Assembly: GCA_964629365.1 (NCBI GenBank)
Contig: CAZVRB010000001.1
Location: forward strand, 38,693-102,692
Direction of reading: 5' to 3'
Source of the DNA: an uncultured Leptospiraceae bacterium
GTDB lineage: Bacteria; Spirochaetota; UBA4802; UB4802
DNA length: 64,000 nucleotides
Position numbers and translations under genes: made by a program. The notes below the pieces were generated by a model, which had not been told where the DNA came from, ran no database searches, and worked only from the letters and a program-made list of their open reading frames with translations. Below, in pieces: positions 18,979-29,100 of this stretch. Position 1 is the stretch's first letter. The number at the start of each line of letters is the position of its first letter.

Positions 18979-20799
18979 TTACTTTCGTTTACGCAGGTTA
19001 TACTGCTTACTTCTTGAATCTTTCTGCATCATCTGGTAAGACTCCGAAGCCGCGTTCAGATCCTGTTCCTCTGAGGCCCTTTCCAGCCGTGACTGGTATT
19101 CAACTATATTAAGCACCTGTCGTTTCATCTCCCGTGATTTGTACTGTGAAAGTCCATCACGAACCACCTCGAGGTTTTCCTGGATTTTCGCCTTCGCGTC
19201 ATCAACCCTGCCCTTATCAACCAGGTCCATTGTTTCTTCCATCATGGAAGATGATACGAACATCTTGACGTCCTTCATAACCAGTGGATTCATATTGCGG
19301 GACACCAGTTTACTGTCAGCCGTTGATACAACATTCACCTTTTTACTTGAGCTTATCCTGCCTTCACCCTTTACCGTTTCATCATAGGTATATACCACCG
19401 TTGCAAGCACACCGGTGCTGATAGACTGCCTGGAAGGTATAAGTGCAAGCAGGGCCAGTTTTTTTTCTTCTGAGACCACGTCACCCATTTTAATGACTAC
19501 TCCATCATCTGTATCACTTGCCGTGTATCCGTATACCTTTTCAACCCGTGTACCATGTTCGGGTCGTATCTCAATACTGCAATTCTGTGCCACCACTGCC
19601 AGAAGCCCCTCCAGTTCATTGGAGAAAATTTCGGGAATCTTATCCGCCCTGTCAATGTAGTAATAAAAGGCGCTGCCGTACTCGGCAATACCGGTCATCA
19701 ACTTCTCGTTGAAATACTGCCCAACGCCGAATGTTGATATGGTAATGCCTTCTCCGGATCTCTGCCTGGCAAGCTGCTGTATCTGGCGGGGGTCGGTTAC
19801 CCCCACGTTGGCCAGCCCGTCAGATATCAGCAATACCCTGTTGACCTGGTTGCTTTTTAGTTTTTTCTTTACCTGGTTGCAGCCCTCCAGCATGCCACCG
19901 CTCAGGTTTGTTCCCCCTCCCGGTTCTATGGCATCAATAATTTTGTATATTTTATTCTTATCTGACACAACTTCCGGCTCAAGTGCCACGTCAACAACGT
20001 CATCATAGGTTACGATGGACAAGATGTCAGCTGACTCAAGGTTGCGCACAAGAAATTTCATGGCATCCCTGGCATAGTCCAGTTTTCCTCTGTCAGACAT
20101 GGAGCCGCTTCGATCGAGCACCACAGATATATTCAGCGGCAGTCTCTTCTCTGGACGTTCAGCTTTCCCCGCGAGAAACCCTGTTCTTACGTAAAAACTT
20201 CCGCTGTTGCTTTTGCTGATATACCTGTTCTGCGTCTGCAGCTCCAGCGTTACCAGCCCGGTATTCACTACGGGCCTGTCAGGTTCCACGTCACCGGAAA
20301 AATCTACGTAACTGCCGGTCAACGATTTCACCATCCTTCCGGATATGATATCCACCGCGTCAATGACACCGTCAACATCAGGGCTTCGCTGTTTATCGGC
20401 TGCCATGATCTTTCCGGAATTTACATCGATGAGGCGCACATCAATCCGCAGGTTCTCCCCCGTCCTGGCCACCGAACCGGTAAGCAGCTGCTTCGCTGCC
20501 AGCAGTTTGCCTATTTCGTTGGCATCACCCTCGGTCACCCCCGCGGCGGTGAGTCCTTTCTCTTCCAGTATTTTTTTCACCCGCTCACGCTCAAGCACCA
20601 CCATTTTGCCGCTCTGGGCCAGGTTGGTGGCTATCAGCTCGGGTACCGCAACGCTCAGGTAGGAGAGCGCGGAATCGCCGGTAACGTCCTTAAAGTCAAG
20701 TACCGCGATGGTATATTTTGACTGGGTGTGCCCATTATGGGTATGCACAAAGCTGACAACGGCAAGAAACATCACAGCAAATAATAATGCCCGTTTCAT
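18979..20799 (-). CDS. Secreted protein with CsgG-like N-terminal domain and von Willebrand factor A (VWA) domain
   Basis: 606 aa. Signal peptide. N-terminal YTIAVLDFKDVTGD...VVLERERVKKILEEKGL pattern is like the CsgG/LpoB-type fold. Central VWA domain with MIDAS (DRSGSM...TNLSGG...ISDG). C-terminal coiled coil. Confidence 0.6.
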   Translation of the reverse strand: MKRALLFAVMFLAVVSFVHTHNGHTQSKYTIAVLDFKDVTGDSALSYLSVAVPELIATNLAQSGKMVVLERERVKKILEEKGLTAAGVTEGDANEIGKLLAAKQLLTGSVARTGENLRIDVRLIDVNSGKIMAADKQRSPDVDGVIDAVDIISGRMVKSLTGSYVDFSGDVEPDRPVVNTGLVTLELQTQNRYISKSNSGSFYVRTGFLAGKAERPEKRLPLNISVVLDRSGSMSDRGKLDYARDAMKFLVRNLESADILSIVTYDDVVDVALEPEVVSDKNKIYKIIDAIEPGGGTNLSGGMLEGCNQVKKKLKSNQVNRVLLISDGLANVGVTDPRQIQQLARQRSGEGITISTFGVGQYFNEKLMTGIAEYGSAFYYYIDRADKIPEIFSNELEGLLAVVAQNCSIEIRPEHGTRVEKVYGYTASDTDDGVVIKMGDVVSEEKKLALLALIPSRQSISTGVLATVVYTYDETVKGEGRISSSKKVNVVSTADSKLVSRNMNPLVMKDVKMFVSSSMMEETMDLVDKGRVDDAKAKIQENLEVVRDGLSQYKSREMKRQVLNIVEYQSRLERASEEQDLNAASESYQMMQKDSRSKQYNLRKRK

Positions 20800-21031
20800 A
20801 TCCGCCCCCGGTTCGTGTATGAAGATTTTTGAATGTATTAAATATAGTCCTGTTTATTGGACAGGACAAACACTATTTTGTTCCGGAAATTTTTTAATTC
20901 TTTCTCTTTTAAGTGGTTAAAAGATTACCGCAAAGGGGGAATATTATTTATTTCTTCACGAATCTCTGCGCCCTTTGCGCCTTTGCGGTGAAAGCTAACA
21001 CCCCCACAAGTCCAGCCCCTGATTCACATAC

Positions 21032-23947
21032 TTAACGCATCAAACCCCGCGACTGCCTGCCTTCGGCCGCCCCCTCATACATGCCGGCAACACCGAAGTA
21101 GACCTGCGTTTCCCCGTACCGGTCAAAGCCGTGGGCAACACCCGCGAAACCGCTTATGTCATAGCCAAAGCCCAGGGTGATGCGTGTATGCAGTTCACCT
21201 CCCACGGAGGTTCTGAAATCAGCAAGGCCGCTGCTGCCTTTCCACACGTTGCCGTATTCCACGAATGGGACCGCCCAGACATCACGCAGCATCACCGGCA
21301 GTGTGCCGTATCCCAGGTCAAGCTGCAGCAGGGGCAGGCGGTATTCCAGGGCACCAACCACAAGCCTGTCCCCGTAGAACATGTCCGCCGCGTATCCCCG
21401 CATACCGAAGCGGTCCTCGCCGGTTTCCGCGGCGCCGGTCTTCCCCTTCTCGAACCGTCCCAGGTTGTAGGGGTCAAGGTAGCCAGGATTGTTGAACGAA
21501 GCCCCTCCCCGTCCCCGCAGCATGATGACGTTGTTGCGCCATATACCCGGAAGGTACCATGCAAGTTCACCCCGCACCTTCCCGTAATTCACGTCCGACC
21601 CCACACTGTCTGTATACCAGTCACCGATAACCATGAGCGTAACCCCGTCCTCCTGGCTTACCGAGTAGGAATACGAGGTAGCGCTGCTGAAGGAGTATCC
21701 CCCGTGAAAACCTGCCAGCACGTCCCGGTATTCGAAAACCCCCGCACCGCTGTAGTAGATGTCAGTCCAGGTCACCTCCCGGCTGTATGACAGGCTTAGC
21801 AGGTGCTGGTTGTAGAACTGCACGTACGGGATTGATATCCCTGCTTCAATGTTTCGTTCAAGTTCTCGTTTCAGGTTCTCTGAATGTTCTTCCTCCCACG
21901 GAAAGGTGTCCTCCCCGTAGAAAAGGGAGTTGTCACTGTAGAGTACCGTTATATCAGGATAGAGCCCGGCATAGGTATACTGCAGGGACACGTCCGCCCG
22001 CTTCTGCGCTACCGACGCTGCCCCGTACACCGTGTAGAAATGCCGGTAGAGGGTGTCCGCCCCCATGGTATAGAACCCGTACCAGCTGTCATAGCCGTCG
22101 GGGTATATTTCCTCCGAGTAAAGCACCGGCAGCCAGGCGGGGTTCACCAGCGAGTACAGGGGATTGTATCCGCCGGACCTGCCGCCGAACCTGTCCTGGT
22201 CATCGTATAACGCGGCTGTTCTGAAATACCCGTCGGCCGGTTCTGATGGTATTGTTCCCACCACTTCACCGTCGGCCGGTTGGGGAATTATGCCCACGTT
22301 GAACCCGTCCTTACCGTATGAAGCAACGGCGATACGTGACCCGTCCGGGGACACGTCCGGCCAGAACACCCCGCCAATTACGCTGGTGAGCTTTTTCACC
22401 TGCCCGGAGTTCAGATCAATATTGTAAAGATTGTACACCCCGTCACGGTCAGACACAAAAACCACCTTCCAGGCATCCGGGTACCAGTCAGCATGCATGC
22501 AGCTGTACGTCCCCCCTGTCAGCTGGCGTATGGTGTTATTCTGCATAGTATAAAGGAAGATATGACTGTATCCATTTGCGTCCCTGGCCGAGAACACTAT
22601 ACTCTTCCCGCCGGGAGATACCCTCACCCCCGAGATCTGCAGGGGCGTTTTCTCAATGAGCACCCGCGAAACCGAGTAGTCCTTTTCAAGCACCAGCAGG
22701 CTGTAGCGGTCGTCCTCAATCCGCACGCATGCCATTGTGCCGTCTGGGAAAGGGTCTACAGACTGGACCCGCAGGCCGCAGGTTTTGCGGTCATAGCCGT
22801 GGTCATAGGTGAACACGTCGTTATACATGAAGTAGGTTTTATAGTATTCCAGGTCGGCCAGCAGCACCCTGTCTTCACCCGTCACGCTGAGCCATGAGGG
22901 CATGTGTATGCTGGCAAGCTTCTCTTTTTCACCCGTATTCAGCGAAACGCGCATCAGTGCGGGAATATTGTAATTGGTCATCCTGGTGTAGTAGAGACTT
23001 TGTCCATCACTGCTGAAGCGGGGCATGGTGGTGAAATACCCGCTATGGGTCAGCACCCTGGGCTCCGTCACCCCCTTCTCCCTGATCTGGTCTGCCTGCC
23101 TGGTGTAACGCCGCACCGCCTCCTGCTGCCACTGCTCCCACAGGGCATAAAACGACCTGCCGTACACGTCACGGGCGTTTTTCTGCACCAGCCAGGGAAG
23201 CACGTTGTCGGCGTTCTCCCTGAACACCTCTTCGAACCGTCCATCCTTCTGGGTCTCCTGCAGGTAGTCCACGAAAAGTCCCCCGTACAGGTAGGGCACC
23301 ATCCCCGAAGGCCATTCCCTGGGGAAATACGAGGCCAGGTTTATTGATTTCAGGGAGTTCTCTTCAATTTCAGTCCGCATCACCATGTCAGTATAATTGC
23401 TGTTCACCCTCCCGTATGGATACTCAAGGGATTCACGGTATACCGGGTACCCTTCAAGATTCCACATGGGAAGGAACATGTTGGGGAAACACACCCGGCC
23501 CAGGGTATATCTTGTGGCTTCGGGAATACCGTCAATAATATCAAGGTTGAACACGTGGCTGTACTCGTGAATGAACACCAGCTCCATCCAGTCATCATAA
23601 TTACCAATAGAACTGTCAGCTTCGGGGCGGACGATAAAAAGCTGCACCCGGTTATAAGGCACCGGTATGGTAAACCCGTTGGGCTGATCGGTGTTGTCAA
23701 CCAGCACCACGTCGGTTCGCCAGTACGGCTCCCACCCTGTGGCCTGCACCAGCTGCCGGTGCACCTTCTCTGCGATGGGTACAAGCCGCCGTGCATGGTC
23801 TTCAAGCCCCTGGTGATAGTGTATCCAGAAATGCTCTGTCCTGATAGACTTCCAGTCAAGTTCAGGATGGAACATGAATGCCGCATCACCAATGCAGGGT
23901 ATAATTAATATTATAAGGAAGAATATAGAATGCAGAATCTTTTTCAT
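21032..23947 (-). CDS. Large secreted protein: HEXXH motif region, TolB-like PD40 beta-propeller repeats, and C-terminal Omp85/BamA-like beta-barrel-like domain
   Basis: 971 aa. Signal peptide. IHEYSH (HEXXH) near residue 130. PD40-like repeats (FSSDGQSLYY, VSPGGKSIVFS, VSPDGSRIAVASY). C-terminal ~350 aa is Y/G/S-rich with alternating amphipathic pattern and an RGY...G...ALEYRLPL segment resembling the Omp85 barrel signature. High GC. Confidence 0.5.
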   Translation of the reverse strand: MKKILHSIFFLIILIIPCIGDAAFMFHPELDWKSIRTEHFWIHYHQGLEDHARRLVPIAEKVHRQLVQATGWEPYWRTDVVLVDNTDQPNGFTIPVPYNRVQLFIVRPEADSSIGNYDDWMELVFIHEYSHVFNLDIIDGIPEATRYTLGRVCFPNMFLPMWNLEGYPVYRESLEYPYGRVNSNYTDMVMRTEIEENSLKSINLASYFPREWPSGMVPYLYGGLFVDYLQETQKDGRFEEVFRENADNVLPWLVQKNARDVYGRSFYALWEQWQQEAVRRYTRQADQIREKGVTEPRVLTHSGYFTTMPRFSSDGQSLYYTRMTNYNIPALMRVSLNTGEKEKLASIHMPSWLSVTGEDRVLLADLEYYKTYFMYNDVFTYDHGYDRKTCGLRVQSVDPFPDGTMACVRIEDDRYSLLVLEKDYSVSRVLIEKTPLQISGVRVSPGGKSIVFSARDANGYSHIFLYTMQNNTIRQLTGGTYSCMHADWYPDAWKVVFVSDRDGVYNLYNIDLNSGQVKKLTSVIGGVFWPDVSPDGSRIAVASYGKDGFNVGIIPQPADGEVVGTIPSEPADGYFRTAALYDDQDRFGGRSGGYNPLYSLVNPAWLPVLYSEEIYPDGYDSWYGFYTMGADTLYRHFYTVYGAASVAQKRADVSLQYTYAGLYPDITVLYSDNSLFYGEDTFPWEEEHSENLKRELERNIEAGISIPYVQFYNQHLLSLSYSREVTWTDIYYSGAGVFEYRDVLAGFHGGYSFSSATSYSYSVSQEDGVTLMVIGDWYTDSVGSDVNYGKVRGELAWYLPGIWRNNVIMLRGRGGASFNNPGYLDPYNLGRFEKGKTGAAETGEDRFGMRGYAADMFYGDRLVVGALEYRLPLLQLDLGYGTLPVMLRDVWAVPFVEYGNVWKGSSGLADFRTSVGGELHTRITLGFGYDISGFAGVAHGFDRYGETQVYFGVAGMYEGAAEGRQSRGLMR

Positions 23948-24029
23948 AACTTCACCACAAATTTTTTGGTATACTTATAAATTCGCATCATAGTAACATG
24001 CTGCTCAACGGGCCCCCTACATCCCCCCG

Positions 24030-26135
24030 TCACTTCACCCCCAGCCTGTCAGTAAGGATCAGCCGTCCCCACTGCGCCGCCAGGTGACCATTCCCCTTCC
24101 GTAGAATCACAATAATCCCCTTCTCATCCTTTCCACCCAGAAACATGCCGTATCCGAGGGGGAGGTTGGTACCGTCGATTACGGTTGAAGTTTTCCCCCA
24201 CAGGCCTGCATCAACAGGCTGCTGCTGCATGTCCCTGGTCAACCCAACGGGGTCCTTCCAGTTACACTCCGGCCCTGCAGGATGTATCGGCAGCGCCGCG
24301 GTACCTTCGGTGAAGGTGGCGGCAAGTGCCCTCCGTATCCTCACAAGACCTTCCCCGTCAATCTCTTCACGAAGCCGGTTCACCCCGTCATTACTGGTAG
24401 ACACCCCGCTCACCAGCATGGCAATTTTCACCAGGTCACCCACCCGCATGCTCACCTGGAAATCAAGCCCGGCGCATCGTTTTGACCACTCAGCCCTGCC
24501 ATTTACCGCCGAGAATGCATGCAGAAGCCCAAGCCTCTGGCACAACGTCGCGTAAAAACTGTTAAAATCATTAAACGAAATCTCACCCGCAAGTGAAGCA
24601 AAATACATGTTGCACGAATGTGACAGTGCAGGGAACAGGCTCATCCTCCCATGCCCTTCCGGTTTCCAGCAGCCGTCGCTTAGAATGGATTGGGCATCTC
24701 CCCGTGACCCGCAGGTAAAATGATATCCATCCACAAGGTCGGGCCGATGGCTCACAAGGTACAGCCCCATGATGATCTTCCACAATGATCCCGGCGGCAC
24801 CACCCGCTCTGCCATGGCCGGATGGCTCTGCCCCGTTACCTGCCCGCTGCGCATATCAAATGTCATATAGGACAGGTTGGGCGACCCCGCCATTTCCCCT
24901 TCTACCGCTTTCAGGGAAAGTTCCCTGTAATAATGTGTGAGTATCTCGTAACGCGAATAACCCATCGCAGCCAACGCAAGCGCCCCGTGCTGGCACAGGC
25001 CTACGTTATGCCCAAGCCCCCTGCCGCTAAAACGCAAAGCGGGGCCGTCATCCCTGTTCACCATCTCAAGGCGGTAATTATTGCTCTTAAGAAAATTCCA
25101 GCCCATTACCCGGTTAATCTTCAGCCTGAAAGTTTCCGGCGCCAGGGTCAACGAGCCCGAATCCCCTTTCATCATAACAACCGGCACCCCCGAATCATAT
25201 TCAACAGCAGGGGGGGGACGTGAAAGCTTCTCATCATCCAGGATGTCCCGCACCTGTACCGGTGAAAGCATTCGTGTCCACCCGTTATCACCTGCATGAC
25301 AGAGCACCATTCCTGTTCTGTAAAGAATATCCTTCACCGGCGGGAAACCTCTCTCCTCCGCTCCAAACACACCCATGTCCATGGTATGCCCCCCGCAACG
25401 AGAATGAAAGAGCAGGTGGCCGGCCAGGTTCTGGTGATCTATATACCATCTATCATCGTGCAGGAGGGATGGCTTCCCCGTCCTCCCCCTGTAGACCTGG
25501 CAATGGGTAAGGTCGCAGAACCGGTAAGGATGTCCGGGGTGATTATCCTGTATGTACCGGCACCGGGCCAGGATCACGTGGGCAAGGGCTGCCAACGCTT
25601 CACGGTGTATGGCAGGCCTGTTGCCGTATTCGGCACGGGCACTGTCAGATGCATATCGCGTTGGGTCTTCATAAACCACGGTAACAGGATCTTCATTCTT
25701 ATCAAGGGACAGGTATAGCGGAAGGGGATAGGTTCGCTTTACACCTGCCAGGTTCAGGGCAAAGGACTGCCCACCGGGCGGGGCTTCGATTTCGCATTCA
25801 ACCGGCAGGCCAACCGGCACATCATCCATGGTCACATGCCAGCCACGGTGAAAGCTCAGCTGCAGCCGCTGCACAGGAATGTTACTGCCTGCCCCCTCCC
25901 CGTACAGCCTGGTTCCAGCTGGGAAGGTGCACACGATCTGCCCCCTGCCCTCTTCGCGCATTTGGCGAAAGTGCTTCGAGAGCACCTGTATACCCACCCT
26001 TTCTTCGCCGGCAAAAAGCATTGCCGGCGAAAGAACACACAGCAGAAGAAGTATCCGGGTAATGCTGCTGGTATTATTCCTTCCTGTCAATTTCGATGGA
26101 ACCCGGCGGCGCCCATCCCTGTATGGTTGGTTCAT
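24030..26135 (-). CDS. Fusion protein: SpoIID/LytB domain plus penicillin-binding transpeptidase-like domain
   Basis: 701 aa. Signal peptide. CDLTHCQVYRG and GRGLGHNVGLCQHGALALA motifs are SpoIID/LytB hallmarks. C-terminal half has SXXK (PPGSLWK), SXN (SHSCN) and KTG-like (GKTST) motifs. The listed ATG start overlaps the A2M stop by 62 nt (an in-frame TTG would give a 17-nt overlap). Confidence 0.6.
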   Translation of the reverse strand: MNQPYRDGRRRVPSKLTGRNNTSSITRILLLLCVLSPAMLFAGEERVGIQVLSKHFRQMREEGRGQIVCTFPAGTRLYGEGAGSNIPVQRLQLSFHRGWHVTMDDVPVGLPVECEIEAPPGGQSFALNLAGVKRTYPLPLYLSLDKNEDPVTVVYEDPTRYASDSARAEYGNRPAIHREALAALAHVILARCRYIQDNHPGHPYRFCDLTHCQVYRGRTGKPSLLHDDRWYIDHQNLAGHLLFHSRCGGHTMDMGVFGAEERGFPPVKDILYRTGMVLCHAGDNGWTRMLSPVQVRDILDDEKLSRPPPAVEYDSGVPVVMMKGDSGSLTLAPETFRLKINRVMGWNFLKSNNYRLEMVNRDDGPALRFSGRGLGHNVGLCQHGALALAAMGYSRYEILTHYYRELSLKAVEGEMAGSPNLSYMTFDMRSGQVTGQSHPAMAERVVPPGSLWKIIMGLYLVSHRPDLVDGYHFTCGSRGDAQSILSDGCWKPEGHGRMSLFPALSHSCNMYFASLAGEISFNDFNSFYATLCQRLGLLHAFSAVNGRAEWSKRCAGLDFQVSMRVGDLVKIAMLVSGVSTSNDGVNRLREEIDGEGLVRIRRALAATFTEGTAALPIHPAGPECNWKDPVGLTRDMQQQPVDAGLWGKTSTVIDGTNLPLGYGMFLGGKDEKGIIVILRKGNGHLAAQWGRLILTDRLGVK

Positions 26136-29100
26136 ACATGCACTCCATCCTGGATGGTTTCACACTGAAAGTGCCCGGCAGCTCTGCCCGGATTATATAG
26201 GCAATCTCGTAGTATTTCCCCTTCTGAAGGCTGTTGAAGAAAAACACCATCCTGTTATCCCAGCGTTCGGCATTCACGTACGGCTGATAGCCGTCGTAGG
26301 CGTTTTTATCCACCACCTCGAAACCAGCCGGAAGGTAATCTTCAAGCACCAGGTATTCGAAATCATCACTTGCCACGAACCTCACCTTTACCAGCAGTTC
26401 ATCTCCTATCTTCAATTCTCTCTTATCATCAATATTCTGCGGTACAAGGTACTCGTTATGATGAATGTCCTTCACCCTGGTTACGTATGAGAATGAACGG
26501 GCAATCTGTATTCCATTGGACAGGGCATTCACGCTTCGTTTTTCGGATTTAAAGAGTGACAGCACACCGGCATCTTTGAATTTCAGGGTACCGTTGATCA
26601 CCACCTCGTAACTGAGATCCCTGCCGGCATCCCCCGCGGCTTCCACCGTAAATTCGGGAACCGTTCTTCCCCCTTCAAGGGGCAGTGTCCTGGTAAAGTT
26701 CTTCATGTCAATCTCACCGCTCAGATCATAGGTAAACTCGGTCAGATGCTTTCCGTCAAGGGTGAAGGCTACCTTTCCGCTGGTTTTCGGTGCGGCACCG
26801 ATACTGTCAATATAGTCACCCAGGGCAAATATTACCGTGGCGGTTTCCTTGGTAGAGTTCCATGCGCCACCCTTCCCTCTTTTGGTCAACGAACGCACCG
26901 CCCTTGACACCAGTGAAGTAGTGTCACCCGTTTCAACGAGAGCTGAAAGCACGTGTGCAGTAATCTCAGCACGTCCTCCCGGCCATCCCCATTGCTGGGT
27001 TCCCACGCTGGGCCAGTATATCCCCCGTCCGTCAAGTTCCTGTTTCTCTTTTAACGCGGCCAGGAACTCCTTTAAATCCTTTTTGAGATCCTGTTTTCTT
27101 TCATTTTTCAGTTTTTTTATGCCATCAGCCTTTACCAGGGCACGCACAATATATGCCAACTGGTAGGGGTTCATTGCAAGCTTGTCTGTGCAATACTCGT
27201 AGGCCTTTTGGTCCCATTTTCCATGAAGGGCGTACACGTACAGCAGGTAGGCCATCGCGTCATGTGACACCTGCCGGTATTTCAGCATCCTGGCAACGGC
27301 AGATACACCCTTATCGATAGCATTTTTACTTATGGCATACCCGTTCTTCTGCGCCAGCATAAAACCACTCAGAACGTAACCGGTTACAAAACCATTACCC
27401 CGGTCGCCATACCACCATCCCCACGAACCGTCACTGTTCTGCAGCTGCTGCAGCCGTGATATCCCCGAATCAACCTTGGCATGCAGTTCCTTTGTGGATT
27501 TCTCTGAAAGCAATGCCCCGTACCCCTGCCCCTGGGCAAGCCTGTACACCGCCATTGCCGGCAGAAACCTGTTTATGGTCTGCTCAATACAGCCATAGGG
27601 ATATTGCATAAGAAATTCTGTGGCCCGAAGCATCTGTATTACCGGTGAAGGGTTCACCTGTATGGTAACCGACTCGGGTACGAAATCAAAATCAGTGCTG
27701 TCTTTCAACGGCTGTATAACAATTTTGCTGTTATTTGCCATGTCTCCCGTTCCGTACAGCTTGTAGCGCACCCCCCGCCGCTCTACGGGCACATGCAGGC
27801 GCAGTGCGTCGCTGGCTGAGGCGTCCGCAATTGCGGTATATTCCATGGTGAGCTTTTGTGTATCATCCGGAATAATGGTTGTATAATATTCCCTGGAAGA
27901 CCCGAATCCAGGCAGGCTGATCTTCACCGGGTTATCGGCCACAGCCTTCTTCCCGTTGATCTTCATGGTGGTGGTAACCTCTTTCAAACCCCGTTTAGTA
28001 TTGCTGTTGACAATACCGATGATACCCATGGTATCACCTTCAACGGCAAACCGCGGTCGTCCGATTCGGGCGATCAGGTCTTGTGTTACCTGGAATTCTG
28101 ATTTATCTTCTCCAACCCGTCCCTCACGATCATGCCCCCTGGCGGTAAGCCTCCAGACGGTAAGGTTGTCGGGTAACGTGAAGGTGACCGAAGCCTTTCC
28201 GGCGGCATCGGTTCGTATCTTTCCCTTCCAGAAGGCAGTATCTTCAAACTTCTCCCTGATCTTTACCTTCCCCTCTTTTGCGGCACCGGCAAGAATGTGT
28301 ATGGGATAGGAGTAGCTTGTCAACACCCAGTTTGATATCTTTGTATAGAAGAAATTTTGCATTTTCGGCGTGTGATCGGGCCGGATCTGGTATATAGCCT
28401 CGTCAACAGCGGCAAGGGACAGGTCGGCTTCAAGGGGGTTCCCTTTCTTATCTGTTACCTTGATATGTACCGTTGCCTTTTCTCCAGGTTTGTATACCTT
28501 TTTATCATTTTTCATCTCGATGGAAAGACCGGTTTCTGCAACCGGAAGTTCAATATCAACCCTGCTGGTATACAGGGCCCGTTTTCTCTGCATGGTTGCG
28601 GTAAGGTAAAAGTTTGGTGCGTATGCAGGTTTCACATCAAATGTTACCGGTGTGATATTCCCTTTCATTTGTACCACCTTTGAGTGATACACGTCACGCC
28701 CCTCAAGTGTCAGGCACACGTAGGAGTCGGTGAACCTGCTTTTCACCAGGCAGGTGATCTTACCGGGTTCCTTCAAGCTTGTCTTGTCTACCGTAAGTTC
28801 AAGGTTCTTCAACTTTGACTTTATCTCTCCACCCTGCCTGCTGTATATCCAGATGATCCTGTTGGCGTTGATCTTGTTGTTATAACGGTCGGTACTTTCG
28901 GCAACCAGGTCAAACTCGCCGTAGTATGAAAACTTTTTGGGCAGTTCTACTGTCGCCCGGCCTTTTTTGTCAGTAGTGATCTTCTTTGAAAACAGCGGAC
29001 GCTTTTCATGCACATATACACGCTGCAGGGGTTTCCACACGTAGCGGTAAAGATCCAGGTTTACCCCGGCACGCATGGGATCACCCGTATGGGACAGGGT

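Noticed and set aside
20800-21031. Hairpin TCCTGT-n7-ACAGGA at about 20852-20870 as terminator of the Omp85-like gene
   Set aside because: Short AT-poor stem without a following U-tract on the relevant strand. Weak evidence.
21131-26490. Many 60-220-aa ORFs in all frames (e.g. 21131..21790, 21787..22224, 22904..23347, 25879..26490)
   Set aside because: Arg/Pro/Gly-rich translations characteristic of off-frame reading of high-GC DNA. All are nested in or antisense to the large 971-aa and 701-aa genes.
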